20,000 nucleotides of DNA from Saprolegnia diclina VS20 (lineage: Eukaryota): contig NW_008246085.1 of NCBI RefSeq assembly GCF_000281045.1, forward strand, positions 84,301-104,300, in the 5' to 3' direction. The notes under the pieces are model-generated. The model saw only the letters and a list, made by a program, of their open reading frames with translations. It was not told the DNA's origin and ran no database searches. Position numbers and translations under genes: made by a program. Shown here piece after piece: positions 9,970 to 18,551 of this stretch; position 1 is the first letter of the stretch, and every line of letters begins with the position of its first letter.

Positions 9970-10605
9970 CTTGCTTGAATGCTCGGAGAACCTCTGCAAA
10001 TTAATATCGCTTGAACACCTGCAGTGGTGGACTGACCGTGCCCTTCTGCGCCACGCTTCGCCAAGTGTATTTAGCATTGGTACTCGTCGTCGTTGGTGTG
10101 AATCGCAACAGCGCCTAGCAATCGATAAACTGAGACTTGACCAACCGAGCGCTGCATACAGGCGATGGCAACGTACCATGCGTGTTGCTTGGCCATACCC
10201 TCCAGTATATGATGCGATGCTATTGTAGTAGGCTTCAGTACAAGCTGCGCTGCAAGACCTAGATCTCTCCACGCCGAGCCAATTGCGTGTCGAGTACAGA
10301 CACAAGAGGTTGTTGTTGGGTTTGGCCACGTTCTCGAAGCGTCCTTCGCAGCAATAGGCACCCCAGAGCCTCTGGGCCAGAGGGCGCGCTCGTCAATACA
10401 CTGTAAACCCCGCCAAAGTAACTCCTCCTGGCCCGACTTATCGCGGTCGATAGCGCCCAGGTCTCCAGAGTTTTTGATAGCACGCTTGTCGTCCTCGCTG
10501 CTCCGAGTGCCACGTATGAAGTAGTCATGGCCAGGCAAATATTACTTTACAGAGGTTTCAAGCACAGGCCAATGGCGTCGCTTGTGTCATTGAATCGCCG
10601 AGACG

Positions 10606-10867
10606 ATGGAAGCCCTCGAAGCGTGCGAAGCGTACAAGGCCAAGGCCCGCGCGTGCTACGGCAGCTGGTTCGACGGCCTCCTCAAGGGCAACTTTGTCCA
10701 GTCCGACTGCGACCAGGAGACGGATGACTACAAGCAGTGCATCCTCGTACGTCCACTGCTGCCATCACGACCGCATTCAAGCGCTGGCATAGGAAAACAT
10801 GGAGAAGATGAAGAAGGATACCGCCGCCAAGGCAAAGGCCCAGAGCGACGGCAAGCCGTCGGCGTAG
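10606..10867 (+). CDS. MDM35: Mdm35/TRIAP1-like mitochondrial intermembrane-space twin-CX9C protein (71 aa); exons 10606-10746 and 10793-10867
   Basis: MEALEA-C-EAYKAKARA-C-YGSWFDGLLKGNFVQSD-C-DQETDDYKQ-C-IL|ENMEKMKK... has two CX9C motifs flanking the WF...LKG signature of Mdm35/TRIAP1. A 46-nt phase-0 intron GTACGT...ATAG lies at 10747-10792; CCAAT at 10569-10573. Confidence 0.85.
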
Positions 10868-10912
10868 ACGAGTCTCAACACAATTCAACTGTAGACGCTT
10901 TGTTCCCATAGC

Positions 10913-12043
10913 TTATACGGTCCAGGGCTCGCACTGCATCCCCATGAGCTTATCGATTTGCATCTTGATCGCTTCCTCGAGCGACCGCGTGCCTTCCGTG
11001 TACGCATTCATCAGATAGTCGGGGACGACACCGCCGGCGACAAGCTCGCCCGGGCGCAGCCACGCCTTCTGCACGAAGCGGCCAAGCGCAGCACCGCTCT
11101 CATCGACGTCAAAGGCGAGCCACGAGACTTCGTTGCACGTGACATAGGCCGGGTCGAGCGGCAGCAATTCATCTTCCATGACGCTCCGGCACACAAAGAC
11201 GCAGCGGGATGGCGACTCCATGTACTTTTTCACGACCGTGCGCGACTGCGAGTTGCCGAGCTCGTGGAGGCAGTACGAGTTGGTGTAGGCTGTAGAGGCA
11301 TCAATGTGCTCCAAGACCGTGTAGTGGCCGGGGAACGCAGAGACTTGGACGGCGCCGCGGAGGACGGCCCAAGCAGCCTCGGCCACGATCGAGAGCGGCA
11401 CCGCAAACCGCCCGATCACGATTTCTTCGATTTCAATGTTGCCATTGGCAAGGAGCTGGGGCATCGCGCGCCGATGGTCGCCGTGCGCAAAGTCGATGAT
11501 GCCGACCTCGATGAAGACGCTGTCCATCTTGGCGTACTCGTGGTCAACCAGGGCGTGGTAGGCAGCATGACGCGCACGGGGCTCGGCCACGAGCTTCAGG
11601 AGCTTCCATTGCTGATCTTGGGCTGTGTCATCGAGTGTAGGTCGTCGCTTGAGGATCTCGACAAGACACTCGGCAAAGTGAACTTGCTCTTCAATCGCCG
11701 TCTTCAAGCGCTTGTTCTCGTGCAGCACGTCGGCCTGCCGCTTGCGCTCGTCCTTGGCCAGCTTCTTCCACTTGCTATCGGGTTCTGGCGGAAACATGGC
11801 TTGCGTGAGTGTGAGTTGCGTGAGCTGGCCTTGAAGCTCGTCGACCTTGCGCTTCAAGTAGACGAGCTCGTCTTGCTGCTTCTTGCGGTGGCGCTGCGTG
11901 CGCTGCGACGCGAGCTTGGAGGCGTGGCGCCGCTTCGCCTCGGGGCTCGAGGACGACAGCGATGACGGTGTAGGGCGGATGACCTCGAGGATCTCGAACT
12001 CTTCGGCCGTGAACTGCGGCCCCGGCCACGCGCTGCTATTCAT
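10913..12043 (-). CDS. bZIP-like/coiled-coil + START-like family paralogue 7 (376 aa, intronless)
   Basis: Long ORF with KRRHASKLASQRTQRHRKKQQDELVYLKRKVDELQGQL, SKWKKLAKDERKRQ, SRCVFVCRSVMEDELLP, EVSWLAFD. Confidence 0.92.
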   Translation of the reverse strand: MNSSAWPGPQFTAEEFEILEVIRPTPSSLSSSSPEAKRRHASKLASQRTQRHRKKQQDELVYLKRKVDELQGQLTQLTLTQAMFPPEPDSKWKKLAKDERKRQADVLHENKRLKTAIEEQVHFAECLVEILKRRPTLDDTAQDQQWKLLKLVAEPRARHAAYHALVDHEYAKMDSVFIEVGIIDFAHGDHRRAMPQLLANGNIEIEEIVIGRFAVPLSIVAEAAWAVLRGAVQVSAFPGHYTVLEHIDASTAYTNSYCLHELGNSQSRTVVKKYMESPSRCVFVCRSVMEDELLPLDPAYVTCNEVSWLAFDVDESGAALGRFVQKAWLRPGELVAGGVVPDYLMNAYTEGTRSLEEAIKMQIDKLMGMQCEPWTV

Positions 12044-12302
12044 GGGGATGGTAATGATGATGTGCAGTTGGCAAGTACGCCATCGAGCTGCGCCATCAGT
12101 AGTGAATCAATCAGAAAACCTCCCAAACTTTATGCTTGGGCACGTACCGTCTGTCGGAATGATGGTGCCGAACTGGGTTGGGCGTTCGCTGATTGCAAGC
12201 GTGAGCTGCGTCAGGTCATCGTGGCGCGCCGAGCGCAATACGATTCTTGTCTTTCACTGCATTTAGCCACACGGATGCCACAGCCGCCGGGCCACTGCAA
12301 AC

Positions 12303-12456
12303 GCGTGTTATAATCCGCCACTCGAAGCCAGGGTGACGTGGCACGCCAGTAGTGCGTGGTGACTTTGTGGGCGGTTGTTTGGGACGCCGTTATCACATAC
12401 CGGTACTGCACTTGAACGCAGAAGATGCAAGCGCATCGATAAGACCATGTGAGTCA
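12303..12456. promoter_or_regulatory. Putative upstream module of paralogue 7: GCGTGTTATAA (12303-12313), TGACGTGGCA (12334-12343), TGAGTCA (12450-12456)
   Basis: The same three motif classes in the same order as upstream of paralogue 1. Confidence 0.5.
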
Positions 12457-12691
12457 CCACGAGTCATATGCTGGTATCTTTTTCACGGGGGTATCGTTAG
12501 GCAGCTCTAGCTTCAACGGTGGGTCGCTCGTCACCGAGTACGCATTCATGATCACTACCATTGAAGCACAGGTCATTGCAGCACCGGTCTAAACTCATGT
12601 GCATGTGTTGAGTGGATCACAACATTATCCTAGTACAAATGGAACGACCTGTGCGCAAGAAACACTGCTGGAATGAACAATGCAGCAATAG

Positions 12692-13840
12692 TTATACCGT
12701 CCACGGTTGGCAGCAGCCGCCCATGAGCTTTTCAATTCGAGTTTTGATCGCGTTCTCAAACGTCCGGGTGCTCTCTGTGAAGGCGTCCATCAGATAGTCG
12801 GGCACGACGCCGCCTGCGCCGAGTTCACCGGGACGCAGTCGAGCTTTCTGGACAAAGCGCCCGAGCGCAACGCCAGCCTCGTCCATGTCCAAGGAGAGCC
12901 ACATGACTTCGTCGCAAATCTCGTACGCAGGGTCGAGCGGCTTGGCTTCATCTTCCATGACACTTCGGACCACAATGACGCAGCGGGATGGTGACTCCAT
13001 GTACTTTTTCACGATGGCGCGCGACTGCGAGTTGCCGAGCTCGTGGAGGCAGAGCGCGTTGATGTATGACGTCGAGGCGTCGACATCTTCGACGATCGTA
13101 TAGTGGCCCGGAAAGGCCTGGAGCTCAACCGCACCGCGAAGGACGTCCCAAGCTGCCTCGGCCACGATGAAGAGCGGCACCGCAAAGCGGCCGTAGGTAA
13201 TCTCTTGCACTTCAATGTCACCGTTGGTGAGCATGACTGGCATGGCACGCCGGCGGTCTCCGGCACCGACGTCGACGATACCAGCTTCGATGAAGACGCT
13301 GTCGATCTTGGCGTACTCGCGGTCTGCGATGGCGTGGATCGCTTCGAGGCGCGCAGTCGGTTCGGCCACGAGCTTGAGAAGCTTCCACTGGTCCCGTGTT
13401 TCTTCGTTCGCGAGCGTCAGGCGCGGTCGCTTCTTGATCATTTCGACGAGACACTCAGCAAACTGCACCTGCTCTTCGATGGCCGCCTTGAGGCGGCTGT
13501 TTTCATTTGATACGACTTGCTGTCGCTTGCGCTCGTCCCTGGCCAGCTTCTCCCACTTGCTCGCTGGCTCGGCTGAAAGCGCCTTCTGTGATACGGTGAG
13601 CTGCTTGAGCTGGGCTTGCAGCTCGTCGACCTTGCGCTTCAAATACATGAGCTCGTCCTGCTGCTTCTTGCGGTGGCGCTGTGTGCGCTGCGTGGCGAGC
13701 TTGGCAGCATGGCGCCGCTTGCGCTGCTGCTCGTCCGACGACTCGGAGCTCGTGGATGACGTCGACGGGCAGATGACGTCGAGGATCTCGCACTCCTCCA
13801 ACGTGAGCTCGAGGCCCGACCACGCGCTCGTGCTGTCCAT
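12692..13840 (-). CDS. bZIP-like/coiled-coil + START-like family paralogue 8 (382 aa, intronless; close duplicate of paralogue 7)
   Basis: ATG 13840 (MDSTSAWSG, cf. MNSSAWPG of paralogue 7). Shares CLHELGNSQSR, VKKYMESPSRCV, GGVVPDYLM and the C-terminal PWTV* with paralogue 7. Confidence 0.92.
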   Translation of the reverse strand: MDSTSAWSGLELTLEECEILDVICPSTSSTSSESSDEQQRKRRHAAKLATQRTQRHRKKQQDELMYLKRKVDELQAQLKQLTVSQKALSAEPASKWEKLARDERKRQQVVSNENSRLKAAIEEQVQFAECLVEMIKKRPRLTLANEETRDQWKLLKLVAEPTARLEAIHAIADREYAKIDSVFIEAGIVDVGAGDRRRAMPVMLTNGDIEVQEITYGRFAVPLFIVAEAAWDVLRGAVELQAFPGHYTIVEDVDASTSYINALCLHELGNSQSRAIVKKYMESPSRCVIVVRSVMEDEAKPLDPAYEICDEVMWLSLDMDEAGVALGRFVQKARLRPGELGAGGVVPDYLMDAFTESTRTFENAIKTRIEKLMGGCCQPWTV

Positions 13841-14240
13841 GGCGATATGTTCAAAGGAGACTGGTGCCGCCTGTCTGACGAGCTCAGAGCCTCTCAAAGT
13901 AAATAATTATCGGATTTCACCTCTAAGAATGCATGAATCTCATTTTCAGCGCCAAAGTGCATTCTGGGAATCATGTAAAATGCAGGTTCCAAGCTACCGT
14001 GAAAGACAAATTATCGACAAGAGGGATCGACATACTGCGAATGAACCAGCGAACGCGCAACGTCGCTTCATGGGTCTTGCGGGGCACGCTATTTTTCGTC
14101 CGCGTGTCCCAAGCGCATCGCCAGAGTGATTGTGCTCACAGCGTAGGTCAACCGTGAAATTCACTCAGTACTGCCCGTTGACGCAGATAGTACAACAGGC
14201 TAGTCGATTGAACGATGAACAATAGACTAACGAGCTGTTA

Positions 14241-15401
14241 TTATGGTCGCTTCTTGGGCGGCAGAGGTTTCGAGAGGAGCCGATAGAGCTGCGTCTTGAT
14301 TGTGTGCTCAAACGTCATGGAGCTTTGCTCACAGAGCTCCATGAGGAACTGGCAGAGCGCGAGGTGGCTGCGGTCGTTCTGCTCGTCGGCAAAGTACGTG
14401 GGCTTCATCCGCTGAAAGTACCGTGCCCGCGCGAGGCCCGTTGTCGGATCGCAGTCAAAGGCGACCCACGACACCTCATTGGCAATCGCGCAGCCGTCGA
14501 CGAGCGGGTGGAGCTCGTCTTCGTGGATCGAGCGGCTGATGATGACTTGACGGTTCGCTTCAATGTACCGCTTGACGATCATGCGTCCTTGGTACCCGCC
14601 GTTGGAGTGATACCACATCGACGAGATGTACACAGTCGACGGGTCGACTTGGTGCAGCTGCTGGTACGAAACGTGGGTGCCCGTCGTCGTCTCGAGCTCG
14701 ACGGACCCGCGGAGCACCTGCCACGAGGCTTCAGCGAGCAAGTTGAAGTGCACGCCGTACAGGATGAAGACGGAGACTTGCACTTCGAGGGCACCGTTCA
14801 CAAGCTTGGGGACGTACGAATGTGTCTCTTCGTGGAGGTCGATGAGCCCACCTTCGATCATGACCGTGTCGAGCTTGGCATACTCGCGGTCCACGATCGC
14901 ATGGAAGGCCAACGCCCGGGCTGTTGGGTCAGCGACAAGCTTGAGCAGCTGCCATTGGTCGTTCGCGTCGGCCGAGAGGAGGCCGAGTCGTGGCTTCTTC
15001 TCTAAGATCGTGACGAGGTACTCGGCGAACTTGACTTGCTCTTCGATCGCGGCTTTGAGCCGCCGATTCTCGGTCATGACATCATGCTGTCGTTGCCGCG
15101 CGAGTTGCGCTAGCGTCTTCCACTCGCTCTGCGGTGTATTGCCGGCTTCGAGCTCCTTGACTTGCTGCAGCACGCGCAGATGCTCCGAGAGCTCGTGCAC
15201 CTTGCGCTTTAAGAACGCGAGCTCGTCCTGGTGCTTCTTGCGATGGCGCTGCGTGCGCTGGGTACCCGGGAGGATGGCCTCGGGCCTCGGGCTCTCGCTG
15301 CTGCTGGTCGTCGGCGCCGGCGACATGACGACGTCCGGGACCGAGAGGTCAAAGTCGATGCCACTTAGGAGATCCTGGAGGCGGAGGTCGGCCTCGTCCA
15401 T
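14241..15401 (-). CDS. bZIP-like/coiled-coil + START-like family paralogue 9 (386 aa, intronless)
   Basis: Long ORF with GTQRTQRHRKKHQDELAFLKRKVHEL, SEWKTLAQ..MTENRRLKAAIEEQVKFA, QVIISRSIHEDELHP, EVSWVAFD. Confidence 0.92.
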   Translation of the reverse strand: MDEADLRLQDLLSGIDFDLSVPDVVMSPAPTTSSSESPRPEAILPGTQRTQRHRKKHQDELAFLKRKVHELSEHLRVLQQVKELEAGNTPQSEWKTLAQLARQRQHDVMTENRRLKAAIEEQVKFAEYLVTILEKKPRLGLLSADANDQWQLLKLVADPTARALAFHAIVDREYAKLDTVMIEGGLIDLHEETHSYVPKLVNGALEVQVSVFILYGVHFNLLAEASWQVLRGSVELETTTGTHVSYQQLHQVDPSTVYISSMWYHSNGGYQGRMIVKRYIEANRQVIISRSIHEDELHPLVDGCAIANEVSWVAFDCDPTTGLARARYFQRMKPTYFADEQNDRSHLALCQFLMELCEQSSMTFEHTIKTQLYRLLSKPLPPKKRP

Positions 15402-16076
15402 CGGCGCCCTGTCTGCGCGTCACCTCGAAACACCTCTAAGAAATGATATTCCGCACGACCAACATTCCGGCGGACAGTGAATCAATGTTGCTGACTCGGA
15501 TGATCGATCACTCGCAGTGTTGACTGGTCCCTTGACGAGTCGCCTCGCGACGACCCACCCATGCGTTCTATGAGACCTTCCCGACCGCTAGTGTGCATTA
15601 ATAGACTTGGTAAACATCAACCAGATCTCGTTGCACCAAAGCTGCTGAGAGCTTGGCAGTTGAGTGCTATAGAGCCAGAACCTTACTAGTACACCGCATT
15701 CTTTACCGTCAGAGAATACGGTCCGAGGCCACTGGCCCGAGGCGATGTACAGAGGGTCCGACGCATGGGTTTGAGGATCGCTGAGCTTGGATGGTTTTGA
15801 AGAAACGAGGGTGAAGAGGTTGCCTGCGTACAATACAATCGACAGATTTGCAAGCGCCCGTTGCACATGCTGATAGCAATTTCAAGGGGAATCTCTGCCT
15901 GTGGCTGCTAGCCCGGGTCTCCAGCCGCCCGCCTCTTCCACCCTTGGCTCAATAGAGGCCAGCGAAGTCGTCCATTTGGGTGCAGAGTAATGGGACTCAG
16001 GACTGTGTGGTCGATGACATCCTTGCGGGGGTAGTAAAAATAGCGCTGGATATGCGGCAGGGACGGGCTCTTTGGA

Positions 16077-16127
16077 CCAATCGGAGCGCGCCATGTTTGA
16101 AAGCAGCGGTGGCCGCGTTCTGATTGG
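16077..16127. promoter_or_regulatory. Two oppositely oriented CCAAT boxes upstream of the P4H-like gene
   Basis: GGACCAATCG (CCAAT 16077-16081) and TGATTGGCT (ATTGG 16123-16127), 80-130 bp before the ATG. CCAAT is a known oomycete core promoter element. Confidence 0.5.
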
Positions 16128-16205
16128 CTGCTAAAATACACCGGCAACAGCGCTCAGGTCCGATTTTGCCGGATGAAAGCCAAGAAAATTCAATTCCTCT
16201 CGCGG

Positions 16206-18551
16206 ATGGCGACGTCCGAGCAGCCCGCCGAGGCGACGACGGTGACCAAGCGCAAGGCCGGCGCCAAGGAGGCCGAGCCCGCTACCGAGACATCGGAGGC
16301 CAAAGCCAAGCTGCCGGGCAAGATCCAGCAGCGCAAGGACCTCGGGACCAAGGCGTCCGGCGCGCCCAAGTTGAGCCTCCGCTTCATCTTGATCCCGATC
16401 CTCGTCGCGTGCGCCGTCGCGTTCTGGAAGGTCAAGTTCCAGGGTGTGAAGCTCAACCCGCGCGTGCTCCTCGATGCTGCCAAGCAGAGTGTCGGCTACT
16501 CAGCCCACGAGTACGCTGACCTCTTTGCACCCGTCGGCAACAAGTACGCGAGCGACATTGTGCACATCCAGACGCGCAAGCTGCTCACGCCGGACGCGAC
16601 GTGCAGCCTCCCGACCGTCGTGACGCCCGAGCCCGTCCACGTCGACGTGGCGTTGGGCCACGCCGCCACGCTCCGTGCGACCGGCAGCGTCTTTATTGCG
16701 CTCAACGGCCGCGACGACGGCGTCCTCGTCCAGTGGCAGCCCAAGGACGGGTGCTTGTACGAGCTCGCTGTGGCCGCCGCCACCGCGCTCGGGAGCGACC
16801 CCGACTACTTTCCCAACGGTCTCCGCTTCTACAACAGCATGGGCGACCCGATTACGACCGCTGCCGAAGTCGACGCCGAGCGACTCGTGTACGTCCTCGT
16901 CGACTTTCAAATCTGGGTCTGGCCCGGCATCAAGGTCGGGTACACGCGCAACATTGACGGCATCTCGCTCAAGACGATCTCGCTATCGCCGCTCGTGTTT
17001 GACGTCGAGGCGTTCTTTGACGCCAAAGAAGCAGACGCGATCATTGCCGAGGGCATGAACAAGCTCCAGCGGTCGCCCGTCGACAGCAAGGACGCGACTG
17101 ACGGGTACCACTCGGACCGCACGAGCTACACGGCGTTTCTCGACGACTCGGCGTTCACGCGCGACTTTCGCCGGCGCACGGCGGCCCTCGCACGTCTGCC
17201 AAGCCCGGCGCTTTCCGAGCGTCTCCAACTCGTGCGCTACGAGGCCGGTCAGTTCTTCCGCAAGCACGAAGACTACTTTGACTCGAAGGACTTCCTCGGC
17301 AAGAAGAACTTGGCGGTCGCCGACTACAAGGCGTGGTGTGCATGGGCCGCCGCCGCGATCGAGAGCCTCCCGATCGAGGCAAGCTTGGACCCGACCTTCC
17401 AGCGCGACGGGCCCATGTACCCGAACGCCGACGATACGATGACGTGGCAGCACAGCGTGCTGCAAGCGTTCCTCGACGACGCGGCGGCGACTGACTTTTT
17501 CACCGAGCACGCGGACGCCGAGTGGGGCGACTGGGTCAAGGAGAACGTGGCGAACGGCGCGAACGGCATCGTCGAGATCCTCCTCGAGAGCCGCGGGTAC
17601 ATGCTGCCGCACATCATTGCGTCGTGGGAGAAGCGCGCGGCGCTGCCGGCCCTGCATTACACGTACGTGCAATTGGCATGACATCTCGTGCAAATGACGT
17701 GATCGAATAGCGCGCCCAAGCCGCCCGTCAGCGGCGTCTCGCACTACTTTCGCTGGATCCGGTGGGCCAAGGAGCGCGTCCAAGACCTCGGCGCGGACGC
17801 CCCCGCCGATGTCCAGCCCACGGGGCCCCACTACCCGACGTACCGTACGACGTTCGAAAAGACGGTAATTTGCCGTATTTTCCATTGGCTTTGTCTCGAA
17901 TGTTATTGTATAGCTCGTCAAATTCGTGCTGGAAGACCATACCCTCGACGAGCTGGCGGCGCTCGTCGGTATCGAGTGGGCCGAGTGGCTGCAAACCAAC
18001 CAAGACGCCGAGAACGTTTTGATGGATGCTGCCCGGAGCAGCGTCACGATCTTCGAACTCGCCGTGAACGCTTGGACCAAGCGCGCCGGCGACGCCTTCC
18101 GCTACACGTACTGCTATGTCTACGAGGAGGACGATCGCTGAGACAACTGTCTAGGATTCCTACGCATTTGCGCCATTTTGAGCCGAACCGGTTCGTGACG
18201 CTCTTCTTGTACCTCAACGACGTCGATGAGGGCGGCGAGACGGTGTTTCCGTACTCCAAGGAGCGCCTCGTCACGGGCATCCAGCGCTCGGGCATGGACG
18301 AGTGTTCCGAGGGCCTTGCGGTGCCGCCGCTCAAGCTGCACGCGAGTCTCTTTTACGCCCAAACGCCCGACAACCACGTCGACCCCAAGAGCCTTCACGG
18401 CGGGTGCCCGCCCGCGCAAGGCGTCAAATGTACAGCACCAGCTTCGTCTGTTCAATGTGCTCACCATCATAATCGTGTAGTTGGCGCCAACTCGTTCACG
18501 TGGAACGCCGATGCGGACGAAGGCTCGCAGGCGTGGGGCTTTGGCGGCTAA
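16206..18551 (+). CDS. Type II membrane prolyl 4-hydroxylase-like 2OG-Fe(II) dioxygenase (~716 aa); exons 16206-17662, 17711-17864, 17914-18107, 18155-18429, 18481-18551 (alternative ATG 16173)
   Basis: Predicted TM segment LRFILIPILVACAVAFW. P4H motifs: SLSPLVFDVEAFF..EADAII, RTSYTAFL, ERLQLVRYEAGQFFRKHED (HxD), RFVTLFLYLNDVDEGGETVFP, SLHGGCP..GVKFGAN (distal His, 2OG-binding Lys). Four GT-AG introns (48, 49, 47, 51 nt) restore one frame; the spliced length is 2151 nt. Confidence 0.9.

Noticed and set aside
9970..10329. 120-aa N-terminal extension of the 482-aa ORF, including LYAALGWSSLS, faintly like a LINE C-terminal motif
   Set aside because: It starts at a non-ATG codon and has no counterpart in the paralogues. 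The LINE resemblance is one short motif and insufficient.
15588..15866. 92-aa ORF with IVLYAGNL, vaguely like an RT YxDD context
   Set aside because: Lacks the catalytic aspartates and any other RT motif.
17663..17681. Apparent stop ending the 502-aa ORF, suggesting a truncated P4H or two genes
   Set aside because: The stop lies inside a 48-nt GT-AG intron; splicing restores a single complete enzyme.
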